64,000 bases of DNA from Kondoa subrosea. Its lineage: Eukaryota. A model generated the notes under the pieces. It was not told where the DNA came from, did not search any database, and saw only the letters and a program-made list of their open reading frames with translations. Where the stretch lies: contig BCIN01000006.1 in the NCBI GenBank assembly GCA_039545335.1, forward strand, positions 1,306,958-1,370,957, given 5' to 3'. Below are positions 39,534 through 54,681 of this stretch, one piece after another; the first letter of the stretch is position 1; every line of letters begins with the position of its first letter. Both the position numbers and the translations under genes were made by a program.

Positions 39534-40242
39534 TCAGTGCTGTGTCCGCCGGAGCTTTACATCCCAATTGTATACTCGAGCGATATTCACTTCAGTCACG
39601 GTTATTTGCTCTCGTAACCAGTCCAAATCGTCTTCTGTGGTCTTCAATGTTTCTTGAGCTGCTACTACTTTGGTTTTAAGCAGCTGTTGAGCAGTAGAGG
39701 CTTCGTAGCACAGCATGACATTAGCCTTCGATGCAATAAGCAGGTTTTCAAGGTCGAATAAGAACTACTTACGCCAAGCCACAAATGCACCATGCTCGTG
39801 TCTGCTAGTGTCGCGCCGGCGTACAGAGTATCACTCAATTCGAAGGTGGATCGCGTTGGTGAGCCCTATAAATCCAATCAGAGCTTGGAGTGTAAAAAAG
39901 GTGCCAACCAACTTTGCGGCGGCCTAAAGTTTCCAGCACCTGAAGTGTGCTGTCGAATTCGATTAATTTCACTGTCGTGTGCATCTTGCGCTGCCCAGCG
40001 TTAGTTTCCATGAAGCGGTACTTGCTGCGAAGCCAATTTCAGTACACATCTTTGTCCATCATGATACGCCCTACGCCAGGAGCTCTTGCAATGACTTCAG
40101 GGCGTCTTCGCTGTTAGGATATTGCGCCAAATAGGCGCCAATATCTTGCAAAAACGGTGCCTTTGGAATCTTGATTCGAGTCAGCGTGCTACTCCGCCTT
40201 GCTCTGAGCAATTTATGGTACCCCTCTTGCGTTGATCTCCAT
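39534..40242 (-). CDS. PAC10: Prefoldin subunit 3
   Basis: NARG|IPKAPF, KYRFME, FELSDTLYA, LWLG|ANVMLCY, DLDWLREQITVTEVNIARVYNWDVK. Confidence 0.92.
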
Positions 40243-40362
40243 GGAACTCGCGCGATAGTCTGATTCAACTGAGTTGGTAGAAAGGGACGGAGACAAGCCT
40301 GAACACAATTAATGCAGAACCTAATAACCTCATTTCAAACCGACGTACATTCGACGATTCGG

Positions 40363-42058
40363 ATGGCGACTTTTTCAGACGAAGCTTATTATTATGATGC
40401 AAGAGAAGGGCAGAGGAGTGATGAGCAGGAGGGTACTAGCTACGTGAGGTCCGGAGGCTTGCAAGGGGGCAAGCATTCACCACGAAAAGGTCAAAAAATT
40501 TGTTGCACACCTCGCAGCATAACGACTTATGTGACCTTGCAGTTGCGTACTTCTTTCCAAAATCCGTGGGCGAATACCACTTTGGAGAAAGGCACCCAAT
40601 GAAGCCGCAGCGTTTGACCCTGACCAATCATTTGGTGATGGGTTATGGTTTGCACAACTTCATGGATGTTTATCAGCCTCAGCCTGCGTCCAAGATGGAT
40701 CTCGAATCATTTCACGATGAGGACTATATCGATTTTCTATCCCGTGTTAGCCCCGAGAACGTCCGCTCGTTCGCTGGGAGTCTGGCGCGCTTCAACATTG
40801 GCGACGACTGTCCGGTTTTCGACTCCATGTATGACTATTGCAGGTCTTATACGGGTGCTTCACTTGCCGCAGCTAATTCCTTGGGAAGTGGATCTATTGA
40901 CATCGCTATCAATTGGACAGGCGGACTACATCACGCCAAACGCTTTGAAGCGTCGGGGTTCTGTTACGTAAATGATATTGTGTTAGCGATTTTGGAATTG
41001 CTCCGGTGCGGCTTTCCGCGTTAAAAAGCCCTGGGCACCATTGCTGACCCGGTAGCAGAGTACACTTACGAGTTCTCTATATTGATATCGATATTCATCA
41101 CGGCGATGGCGTCCAGGAAGCATTTTACAATTCCAACAGAGTCATGACTGTTTCCTTCCATAAATACTCCGAATCCTTCTTCCCCGGTACTGGTCACATG
41201 GACGAAACCGGTTCAGAAGATGGCAAGTACTTCTCGCTCAACATACCTTTGCAAGACGGTATAGATAATGACTCGTATATCGCTCTCTATAAATCTGTCA
41301 TGGAACCGGTCATTCACACTTTTCGCCCCTCCGCGATCGTCCTTCAATGCGGTGCAGACTCTTTAGGCTGTGATCGACTCGGAGCTTTCAACCTATCTAT
41401 ATCTGCTCATGGCGAATGCGTACGTTTCATCAAAGACTTCAATATTCCGCTTCTGGTTCTCGGAGGGGGCGGTTATACTCTCAAGAATGTTGCTCGATGC
41501 TGGACATACGAAACTGCAGTTCTGCTGGACAAACAAAACGATATCTCTAACAACTTGCCTCGTACGGCCTACGACGACTTCTTCGCTCCAGACTACAAGC
41601 TACATCCGCCTCTGACTGGAAGAATAGAGAACATGAACAGCCGCATTGGACTGGACAGAATCAGAGTCGCAGCATTAGAAAAAGTTCGTTTCATGCATGG
41701 AGCTCCCTCTGTTGCACTGCAGGAAATCCCGCCAAGCTTGAGTACCGAAGTAGTATGTCGGATGAAATGACTTTCTAGGAACGGGCGGTGGGATGCCCGG
41801 GGGCTCATTACAGAGCAATGACTCCTTATCATCTGAGCGAGCAGAGTTCATGCAGTTCGTAGTTTCAGCACGATAGAAACCCGCAGCTCCGACCGCGTCT
41901 AAAGTCAGCCCCGCTGAAATGAAGATGAGGACTTCCGTCGCAAGACAAGGCTTGTAAAGATGTTTGACGGTGCTGCGTCCACAACACATCGCGGATCGTC
42001 GTCGGGGCAGGAAGTGGCTGATAAGAAGTTAGAGAGCGTTCACGGAGTTACTGGTTAA
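40363..42058 (+). CDS. HOS2: Class I histone deacetylase (Hos2/Phd1 type); 3' end uncertain beyond ~41760
   Basis: [85 protein letters not shown]. Confidence 0.9.
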
Positions 42059-42394
42059 TTCATAACAGCATAATAAGCATCTCGATCTCGACCGCCCTGC
42101 AGCAATGATTGCCTCTGCCCGCTCAATTTGAAGTGATTTAGACAAGATTCAAGGGAAAATTTAATTGCGGTATGCTCGCTCGTCAGCTGTACTTCATTAC
42201 AAATGTTTGATTGCAGTATCCCCTCATAGGCGTCACTACAGGGATCACAGGTAATCGGTACATCGCATGCGTTTGCTGTTCTTTCAAAGCTGAAATATGT
42301 TGGGAATGCTTCAAGTCATAATCACACGTCCATACACCGTCTTCGACTGAAGAGGCTTCATTCACAAAGGTCCAATTACCGCCATCTCTACTCA

Positions 42395-44693
42395 ATGCTT
42401 CCTCGGTCTGCATTGTCGCCGCCCAGCCAGGAGTCGAAACCTTCTGGTCCGCCGTCGACACACAGGAAGCTGCAAATTACACCGCATCTAGCCAATCTAG
42501 CTACTAGAGACTCGTTTATTCTCGAAAATTGCAGCACCGATGCTGCCGATGGTATGAATCTCTCATCATCAGCGGAATCCACATCAGCAGATCAAACACC
42601 TCCTAATGGCACCTCATACGCAACCTATGCGCCATCAGATCTACACAAGGATCGAGCTCTGCGCCCTCTGCGGAACCATCTGCGGTCATATTCGCACGAT
42701 GCCGTCAGCGAATTGTATCGAGATGTGGAATTATTGGATCACGAACGGCAGAGAAGAACACTACACACTTCCAATCTTCCTTCTAGCACTTCGCAATCTG
42801 AAGAACCTTTCGATCTCACTCGTCACGCCGTCATAGACTCAAGTCCCCGTACACAGCGGCTCAGCTTATTCAAGCTGGATAGCCCCAGTCCGACGGATTG
42901 GCCCGAAGGTGACGCGAACGATTTAGATTCGGAATCTGTTGTTAGCGATATCAGTGAAGACGTTATTGAAGACTCTCATCGTAGAGATATCTTAAGCGGG
43001 GCTCCAATAAGGCAGAACTTGGACATACATGACAAGCAAGAAGCTCAGAATGAAGCTGTGTGCCCGTGGAACATCGCAGCGCCAATGTTACGCAAGAAAT
43101 CTGGCGAAATAGTACGCAGTTCTCTCAAGTATTCACACCAAGAAGGCGATACGCCGTTGCCTTCAACCTCTATCACGCCTTACACTCGCCCGTCAAGAGC
43201 CAAATCCGCCCCAGCAACGCCAATTGGCCCAAAGGCTGTGCACTTTGATAAGCAGCTTGAGCATGTAAAGCTCTTCCTTGCTCAACAAAGGCCAGCTGCT
43301 GTTTCGAGGAACGGTAGTCCCGGAGAAACGACAGAAGAAGAATCCGAAGCTTTTCCATTTCCAGCAATGCTTCCTGCTCCTGACGCCATCGAGCTTCTGC
43401 TGCCCAATTTCCCTCGCATTCCGGATGCTTCGAACCACGGAGACGTCAATCTTCGGTCACTGGTACTTCATCGCCTGACATCCACATTGCGGGGCCGCAT
43501 ATACGTCAGAAATTTGTCCTACCACAAGCATCTGGCGGTTCGTTTTACCCTGGACGATTGGCAAACCGTCTCTGAAACGTCTGCCGAATTTCTGGAGGCC
43601 ATCGAGGAGGGTGGTGCAGATATCTGGGTATTCCAAATCAAGCTGCAGGACATGCTGGCTCGTATCGAGGGCAAGAGAATGTTTCTCGTGATACGGTACA
43701 CTGTGAATGGGCGTGAAATATGGGACAATAACGACGGCAAGAATTACTTGGTGGAATTCAAGAAGACTTCCCACAATACATCGCAGCGGAAGGGCGACCA
43801 TTCGGTAGCAGACGAATACAAAATATCGAACAAGTACAACTGGGCAGTCACAACTGCAGGACAAGCGTCTGAAAGAATGGCAGACCTCAGGAAAGAACTG
43901 GATCGACTGGTTTCAGATGAAGAGGACAAGACGCCGGCATTATTGCCTGGCAATGGGGCTTTCGCCACGCGCTATGACTTTGGCGTCTCGTTGAGGTCCA
44001 AGGCAGTCAAGTATGACCAATCTAGCCCCGCTCTATCGTTTCACAATCGCAATGGCCCTTTTCAACCGAACACGCTCGGTTTACGTGACATACCTTACGC
44101 TGATCACGGGTCACCCAATCCATTGAGTGGGATCGTGCCTCGCGAATCTCTGGCAAACGCGCCGAGCAATTCAGTTCCGAATCAAACATTGCGGAAAGGG
44201 ATACACACGATGCCATCTCTTTCTAGCACATCCGGCCGAGTCGAATCGCCTACGCTAGAGAAGCTCAACGTATCCGAACTGCAAGACTCCTTTCCTGTAC
44301 CCGGCAGTCGAAAATCTTTTCCGGCTCCCCTCCAAATCGTTGATCTGCATACATCAAAAGGCCCCGATTCGCCAGGTCCGGCCACGCCTTTGCACTCTAC
44401 TGCAAGCTTCGCACCTGTGGTTCACGATATACTGCAAGTGAATGATTTAGATCAGGCGGGTCAGCTGCCGCAGACGTACAATGGATTTTTGGAAAGAGTG
44501 AGTATCTTGTCGTTTCGAGAATCCAGCTACAATTTTCTATGTGCAGTACTGTTTTTTCCAACCGGAACTGAATAACCGGGAATCTTTCGGCTTGGCTTCA
44601 GAAGCACCTGCTCTTCCCTCCGACATGGCTCAACTAGCATTGCCGATATCAGTCCCCGACCGCACTGTCTTATCGACGGGAGCTCTTACGTAG
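42395..44693 (+). CDS. CBM21-domain PP1 glycogen-targeting regulatory subunit (Gac1/Gip2-like)
   Basis: 726-aa ORF with RKKSGEIVRSSLK, the RVxF-like KAVHFD, LRGRIYVRNLSYHKHLAVRFTLDDWQT and WDNNDGKNY; short last exon FLER|YCFFQ. Confidence 0.85.
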
Positions 44694-44860
44694 ACTCGTT
44701 CCAACTTGGTCCATGGGATGACGACATTGGGACACAAGGCTCAATTTCTGCAACTGCTACCTACTCGATACATGTCCGAGCATAAGTAGACGTTGTGAAG
44801 CCCGATAGTATGTAATAGTATAACATTTCATCGGTCTAGGTCATAGTTTCATAACCAGAC

Positions 44861-46541
<1,681 letters not shown>

Positions 46542-46845
46542 TGCGCCGTGACACTGCACTTTGTGCTGTATTGATATTGGGAGTGAGGAACTCAGAACAA
46601 TGCAGACTCGAATGGATGGTTGTATGGCAGAAATATATCTCAATATTCACCTGATTTGAAGAACGGTGACCGGGAGAATCCCAGTCTGCATATTTGCGCA
46701 AGCATCATCCTTGCATATTGTTGTAAACGAGGGATTTCTTGCCAGTGCAAACGTGCAAGTACATGTGGCGAAAGCTACAGGCTGCGACCAGGACTTATTT
46801 ACACCAAGCCACGAAGTTTATCAACCGCGATACCAATTTTGGCCT

Positions 46846-48394
46846 TTACGGCGACACAGCTAATTCAAAGTTCAAGTCTGACGACTCATCATTGGTTTCC
46901 GTAAGTTCGTATCTAACAAATTTGAGCAACAGCAGCTCATAGCGGTCGGGGTCACTGACCTCTTGCCCTTGATGGCCCAGATACCCCAATTGATTTGCGC
47001 GATGACCCGGTAATCAAACTAGCAAGTCGAGCAATCAGCCCATACCCAGCATGGTACACTAACGAAGCCATACTTCTGCAACTTCCAACCTTTCGCTCTT
47101 AAACATATTCACTCCAGGACTTATACACCATTCAAATTCTCCGGCAACACCCACCGTTTGATCCAGCGCCAAGACATCGCGTTCTACATCGGATGGACTG
47201 AAGCCCGTGGCGAAGAGACCACATTTGGTCTCAAGAATCTGTTGCAAAGCTGCATGCCAATTCGTTTGACTTTGTGGAACAATGATAGCAGGTATGCTGG
47301 AGTCCACAGATCCTGAACCTTCTGATTGCGTAGGGAAGCCAAATCCTGGAGAAAATGCAAAGAACACATCCCTGGACCCCGAATGTTAGACATGACGACA
47401 TCAAAGTGCAGTAGACTTACTTGTATGGATCAAACGGCAACAGCAGCGAGTGAACGTCTTCGTATTTGGCTTGTATAGACGTAAGGGTTAATGTTTGGCT
47501 CACCACCCTTGTTTTTGAGGGATATTGGAAATAGAGCTCATTATCTTGCTGATCGGGAATGGAAAGGGCTGGCTGTAGAATGACTTCCGGCCCAATGAAG
47601 TAGAGATGGAAGGGGATGTCCGGAAATAAAAAGCTGAGTTGAAGCCAAAGATTTGACGGTAGAGAGGATTCGGCACGGGCGCCAACGATAACCACGCGTA
47701 CTGGCTTCAGAGACGCCATGGGTGCAAAAGGCTTCTTGAGAACCCCGGTGCCCGGATGAAGCGACTGCCGTATGGCCGTGAGAGAGCGAAGACCTTCTCT
47801 TGTAAGACGCTGGTTCCGCGACGTAAGGGGCGAGTTTTCGTGAAGCACACTGGCAATTGTGATTGGATATGTCAATAGCTTGGAAAGGTGCCTGCGGGAT
47901 CTTTCAGAATCGATGGAGTTGAAGCCACGCGTGTAGAAGAGTACATCCCAGTTTGCTAAGGATACAGCCTCTTCGTAAGGCTGCTGGCCTGGCAGATTTT
48001 CAAGCTCTGTCATAGGCCTGCCAGACCTCAAATCATGCTCATCTGCATTCGCTTGCCTAAGCTTTGGCCAAAATTGGGCATGATTTGCAGCATCTTCGGT
48101 CCATTCTTGTGCATCAGAATGAGTAGGCCAACCAGAAAGCGGACAATCATACTGCACAGGCTTCCGGCGCAAAGGAGAAATAGATTGTTCTCGTATTCGA
48201 GCAGCCTTAGCGCGTATGGCAGGCACTGGTGATTGGCTCAAACAATGCAACACGCCATTTGAAGCTACATTGGCTTTCTCATTCACATCGGGCTTGATTT
48301 TTTTGGCCAAGCTGAAAAGAGATCTGGGCTGTTGGCTGTATTTCCTCTTTACTCCTTCTGATACGGTTTGGAGCACGGGATATGATTTATTCAT
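46846..48394 (-). CDS. MSS51: Mss51 (COX1 translational activator, zf-Mss51)
   Basis: YDCPLSGWPTH, LRQANADEHDLRSGR, NWDVLFYTRGF, IVGARAESSLP, FSPGFG, NWGIWAIKGKR. Confidence 0.9.
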
Positions 48395-48516
48395 AGCGGT
48401 TGTCGTCGTGTTCGATGTAACATACGCTAATGTTTTTCTCGAACTTCAGAGAAACGATTCCGTAAGTCGTATTGCGCTTCGGCTCTAAAGACGCACAACC
48501 AATTTTCAATGCCTAG

Positions 48517-50608
48517 TTAGTTAGGGAAATAGCTCATGCACTCCAATTCCCCTTCCAGCCACTTCTTCGATTCGGGGCTTATCTGCATCAGTTTATCAAA
48601 CACCACATTGCGATGCCGCTACAAAGCGAAGAGCCAAAGAGCTATGTCGCATACATCATACAAATCAGGGAAGTGCTCTATACCCGCGCTGAGATCCCAA
48701 TTCCACCTGTATTCAACCTTTGCCTTTTCGAGCTTTCGCGCATCATCAGAGCGGAACAGCTAATACGACGACGAAGACGCAACCGAAGCGCACTGTCCAT
48801 TAAATCACTCACGTGTGCTATGCTGCGCGTGAGCAGACCAAAGCGACTGCAGTAGAAATCTTCGAGTGCAAAAGTCTGCCAAAGTTTATACCAAAATCCG
48901 GCGCCAAATTATTAGAATTGCATACAAGATGCTAGGTGGTACGGTTCGCGTTAGACTCGTCTGATACAGGTACAAGTATAAGCATATACATGTCGAACAA
49001 TACGTTGATATGATCGAGCGATACTTTAAATTTCCTTGAACCTACCTCCGTATAAATGTACTATGAGTTGCACGACTTTCTTCGGCCGGTCGCGCTCTCC
49101 AGAATTGGGAATTCGCGCCATAAGCCCAATCGGGGCATCCTCACCACACCACCACCAGTTTACAGGTTCTCTTTGCCTTTCCCTCACCTCAACTCGCGAG
49201 AAGCGACGCGTTGCTCATAAATGGGGTTGCCTCGTCGTGCCCGAACCTAAAGTTTGATCTACTTCATGGCGAAGCATCATGCCCTGTTCGAACTACTGTC
49301 TGTTCGCGCTGGCACTGACTGGGGCGCAATTGGGGTCCATTCTGTAAGTTCAGAAAAGTTCACTTGAAGTTCAGGCGGAGCAGGTGATTGACGTGTCTAT
49401 TTGAGCAATCTCTTTACATCAATAGGCCGTTGCAGTTACCTTAAACCTCGACGGTTTCATTCAACTGCACCTCTTGAGAAAGTGCAAACAGTTCCGTTTA
49501 TACTTGCCCCAATACATCTCAAAGAGTCTGCTATTATTCATGGTATCGCATGACTGTACTGTGACACCCTATTGTATAACTGGCGCGTAGCAATGGCTGC
49601 AACCTCTTGAGCCGATTCGATCTAATCGCATTAATGTACTGGCTGAGTGAGTACTTCCTTGATCACTCCAACAGCCCTTCGGTGAGGCTAGAAAGACCGG
49701 TGCACAAGATATGAGCGCAGGCGAATGGTATTGAACAGACCTCAATAAGCATCTATCAAGATGATTGAGGCACAATGGGACCACCGATTTTGTTGCGACC
49801 GGCTGATTGCGCACGAGCGCCCCTATGTCCTCTTCAATACTCAACGACAGGTTCATAGTAGCTGAGCGATAATGCATGGTCATGAAAATTTCGTCTCGCC
49901 GTCTGCAGAGACGAGCTAACGATATCGCGGATGCTAGCCACATGTGCAGCAGGATCAGAGCAATATCGTGCGCCTCTATGTCGTGAGCGCGATTACGTTC
50001 CAGGACTTGTTTAGTAGTAATGAGCGCACAATTGTTTCCACAGCCTCCAATTGGGACTCAGTCAAACATGACAGTGGTCTAGCAAGTATGACAATTGTTG
50101 CCATAAGAGGTGATTTATGTCAGTATTGTCGCGCTCACTCACGAAATCGACAGCGGTCTTGTTGTTGTCCTGAACAGAAATTGTGCGAAGCCAAGCGCGA
50201 AAGACATAGTCCAACATTACTGGGTATCAAATTGAATCTGGTATCAGGCGCTGTTCAGGCCGCAAGAGGTTGCAAGCGGCGCGGAAGATCTTCAGTTCGC
50301 CCGGTATGACAGGATTGCGGAACCTTGGGCAATCTATACTCTTGCTTGGAAGGCATTGTATGAAGTACTGATACGAGATACTGTTGGACCGAGGCAGTCG
50401 ACCAGAAGAAATCTATGTGTGCCAAAGCCGGGCAGCTCGCTGACTGGGCAAGATTTAACGGACGGGCTACGAACGAAATTGTAGTTATTCGTAATTGCTC
50501 TTCTTCTGGTAATGCGTTACCTCGCCCAGATTTGTTGCCAAATAAATCATAAGACGAAACGTCCAAGCAGTAGGGCTGAAGTTTCGAAACACCGCCATTC
50601 CTGTTCAT
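48517..50608 (-). CDS. Probable multi-exon gene of unknown function
   Basis: Open exons bounded by GT..AG, e.g. MLDYVFRAWLRTISVQDNNKTAVDF|gtgagt and LFRSDDARKLEKAKVEYRWNWDLSAGIEHFPDLYD|36-nt intron|RHRNVVFDKLMQISPESKKWLEGELECMSYFPN*. No family recognised. Confidence 0.4.
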
Positions 50609-50667
50609 TCAGTCGCTGCCCGTTCAACTTGGACACAGTAAACTAAGGCATCTGTCCGAGAACTAGC

Positions 50668-52673
50668 ATGTGTAAATCAGCTGCACTGGAAGTTTGTCGT
50701 CGAACTGATTTCGGTGCGCCATTTTTTTCAACATTTTTAGGTGGCATACTTGGACTCCTACTCGCAAATCCTGACGAGCAAGCGGCCGCAGAGATATGTG
50801 AGGGTTTGAACCTGCTCCAACATAGAGGCCAAGATGCATGCGGCATAGTTACTTGTGGCAGAGGCGGTCGTTTCTACCAGTGCAAAAGCAACGGCATGGT
50901 TCGAGATGTTCTCGATGATAGGGCTATCAAGTCTTTATCTGGATCAATGGGTATTGGACACGGTACATTCAACTTGACAACTTGCCAAGCTTGTTTGATA
51001 TTTCTCTGATCAGTACGGTATCCAACTGCGGGTTCTAGTGCTCATGCGGAGGCGCAGCCCTTTTATGTCAATTCTCCATATGGAATAGTCTTTGCTCATG
51101 TCTGTCCTCACATTGGTGGCATGACAGCGTCAATTGACAGGCTTGCAGAACGGAAACTTGATCAATACACCCCATCTGAAGACATACTTAGATGAATATG
51201 GACATCGCCACATCAACACAGATTCAGATTCAGAGCTGATGTTGAACATCTTGGCCGACAATCTCCAGAAAACTGGAAAATTTCGCATCGATGAAGACGA
51301 CATTTTCCGGGCCATTAGCGGTATGATGCAGACCTGTGCTGGCGCATACGGCGTTGTAGCAATGGTGGCTGGCTTCGGCATCATTGCCTTCCGCGATCCG
51401 AATGGAATTCGACCCGTAGGTTACGGTAGAAGATTGGCTGCTTCGGTAACTTCCGCATTCATGGACGGTACCAATAGTAGTATCAGGGGGACTTCAAGAG
51501 CTCCATCGGCAGGCGCCGATTACATCATGGCGTCCGAGTCGGTATGCGCAGATGCGTTGGGCTTTACTGAATGGCGCGATGTTGGCCCTGGTGAAGCTGT
51601 GATCATTACTCGCACAGCCATCTCCGTGCGCCAATGCATACCGCCTCGCCTTTTCGCACCCGATCTTTTCGAATTCGTCTATTTTGCTAGGCCAGATTCT
51701 GTGATAGATGGTATCTCAGTCTATCGAGCTCGTATGGCTATGGGAGAGATGCTGGCCAAGGAGGCTGCCCGCCAGTTACAGAATAAAGGACTTACAGTCG
51801 ATGTTGTCATTCCAGTACCCGATACAAGCAGGGTCGCTGCGCTCCAGTGCGCTCAAGATATGAAGATCCCGTACCGAGAAGGCTTTGTCAAGAATCGCTA
51901 TGTGGGACGTACTTTCATCATGCCGGGCCAGCATATGAGACGCAGAAATGTCAGGCGGAAGCTAAATGCAATGGCATTAGAATTCAAGGACAAAACCGTG
52001 ATGCTAGTCGATGGTGAGTTTGTATCAGCGGTGTGTCAGTAGCAATCACCTAACCGGCATTTCTTGTGCAGATTCCATTGTTCGGGGAACGACTTCCAAG
52101 GAGATTGTACAAATGGCAAGGGATGCAGGGGCTAGGAAGGTCATCGTGGCTTCGTGTGCGCCTCCAATCAGGTAAGCTCTTTCACAAACCAAATCCACCC
52201 TTTGATGATTTACTTGAGCCAGATTTTCCAATGTGTATGGTATCGATATGCCTTCGCGACAGGAACTGGTTGCCCATGGCAGAACTGAAGCAGAAGTATG
52301 CCTGCATATTGGTGCCGACCTTGTGGTATATCAAACGCTGCCAGACCTGGTCGCCGCTTGCACTAATCTCAATCCGTCTATTGAACATTTCGACTGCTCT
52401 GTCTTCACAGGCGAATATATAACCGGAGGAGTTGATGCCGATTATCTTGCGCACGTGGAGCAGTTGCGCAACGACAAAGCGAAAGCCAGAGTTGAGTCTG
52501 GCGGCGACACCCTGGGCAACACAAGCGACACTACCGATTACGGTTGCAGTGGGCCTATGAACGGTGCTGACAGTCTGATAGGCTTGGCGCCCAGTCTCGA
52601 GGGATCGCGTAAATCAAGCGAAACAAAGGATCAAATGGGGCTATCTAATGCGCAATTAATAGCGAATTCATAA
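50668..52673 (+). CDS. ADE4: Amidophosphoribosyltransferase
   Basis: M-C|GILGLLL (4-nt first coding exon), [39 protein letters not shown]. Confidence 0.96.
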
Positions 52674-52742
52674 TAGCTTTTCGTGTCAGAATGCTAGCAT
52701 AGTACGAACAGCGTTGTGTGAGACAAGACCGTCCTGCAATGG

Positions 52743-53413
52743 TCACGCGTCGTTGTCTGAGTCCTCCGTTGGTGGTCTTTCCCCTCTCCTGCTCTGCACT
52801 GCGGCAGCCAAATGCTCCATGTTGCTTTCTTGTGCAAGACTACGTTCCTTAGCGAGTCGTAGGCCTAAGGATAGACTGAGAAAGAAAATCAGGCTTTAAT
52901 GTATATAGATTCTTACGTATCATTTGGGCGATTGCAGCTTGCGTTTGAGTCTCCAATTTGACGGTCTTGCTTTCAACTTGGCGCTTCAGATCCCAATTTG
53001 GCTTGCGCGGTTGAATGCTGAGCAAATCCTGCCCTAAGCGATGAGAAACCTTGTCCAAAATGTATCGTAGCCAGCAGGCTTTTCGAGGCTCACCAGATCT
53101 GCCGCACGTTTGATAGTATCTGTTGCTATGATGCTACTATATAGCCCATGAACTTGCTTCTCGACTGTCCCCATTTCATCATGCGAGTTGTGCGCTCTTG
53201 CTTGGCCTGTAGCGACATCGAAATTGCGATGTCCAATCTGTGCACTGTAACTTGTGGGCCTATTGCTGAGGAATGGCGAAAGGGCTCTTACCTGTTCTGG
53301 CCAGGCTCAAAGTCTATGGGTTCTGCGCTGTCTGTCTTGGAATCTCGCTGACGTCGGAGCTCTCTGAGTTTTGTTTTCCTTGCTGCTGCAGTGTCTTCCA
53401 GAAGGGTAGCCAT
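52743..53413 (-). CDS. CWF18: Cwf18/CCDC12 pre-mRNA splicing factor
   Basis: MATLLEDTAAARKTKLRELR..., HRNFD, DLLSIQPRKPNWDLKR, TQAAIAQMIR. Confidence 0.85.
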
Positions 53414-53563
53414 CGTTGACGAGTATCAAGATATCAAGCAATATAATGTTTGCAAATGTTTTCAAGTTCAACTGTTTTTGTCTTTTCGCATACCACGAGT
53501 ATACCACGATTGCTTTGATCCAGGCGACTGGCGCTGACTGGCGCCATCCATCGGCCGCTGAGA

Positions 53564-54565
53564 ATGACAGCACCCATATCAGTAGCAGTAGTGAACAAGA
53601 ATGGCTATGTCTGGGATCCTCACGGTAAGAGAGTACACAATAGGGACGGATATGGACTGACAAGCTAGATGTCCGCCGGCTGCGTGAGATGCATCACGTT
53701 TGCGGTCTTCTACTTGGGACCTTGCCTCAAGTCGCACAGCAAAATGTGTTTCTCGGACTGCCCCTTTTGCTGTTGCCAGAGGAGTGTTCTGTGATGGCCG
53801 AAAACGGTGTGTTGTCTCAGTCGTAGTATCATCGAAGTATGTTTACGTCGTGCTCATAGGTGTCATACAGATGATTGAGGACCTATCAGCGCACAGGAAT
53901 GCCTCAGTAGAAGAGCAACGCCAATGGCGTACCGATCGACTCTTCAACATCAGCGAACAGCACTTGCAGTCGGCTTTGCATGTTAGTAGACAGAACAAAC
54001 TAAACGTCAGCCTCCTCCAACATAAGAAAATCCCAACTGGCAGAACGGAAGCGTCAGAGAAGGCGGCGGATGAACCCATTGCGGACTGGTATAAGCGGGC
54101 CGCAATTTTTAACGTGAAGATAGCGGGCGCTTCATCTCACTTGCCGTGGTATAGGCCGTCCCGCTGCAACGCAGTACAAAATTCCTCAGCTTGTGAAGGA
54201 CGCCAATTGGCATCAGTCAAGACGGCTGAGCACCAGGTTTTTGTGGATCTTTGGACCAAGAAATTTTATCTTGGTGACGGTCTTAAATTTGGGGGCGAAA
54301 TGCTCGTATATCCTGGTCCGTATTTGTACCAAATTCTGGCGAGGTGGACTTGATCGCTGCTGTAATCGTAGGTGACCCTCTCCGCTTCCACTCACACTTT
54401 TCCACGACTGTGCTTGTGACTGCGCTCACCTACGTCTCCCCACTCTCACTTGTCGCAAGCGGTCGTTTGGCCACAGGCGTGAAAAAGGCTCACCTTCTCT
54501 GCTGTGTTGTCGATGACACTGGAGTAATCTCGTATCTGTCGCTGGAATGGGCTGGAATGGGCTAG
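53564..54565 (+). CDS. SEN34: tRNA splicing endonuclease subunit Sen34
   Basis: HHVCGLLLGTLPQVAQQNVFLGLPLLLLPEE; GLKFGGEMLVYPG|DPLRFHSHF; GRLATGVKKAHLLC; YLSLEWAGMG*. Confidence 0.93.
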
Positions 54566-54681
54566 AAAATGAATAGCACGACGTATAAAAATTGAATGTT
54601 CGAAAGAAACAAATAGATACAAGTAAGCATTGGTCACACGCTCGTCACGGAGTCCGTGAACACTGCTCGAGAGCCCTGCAC

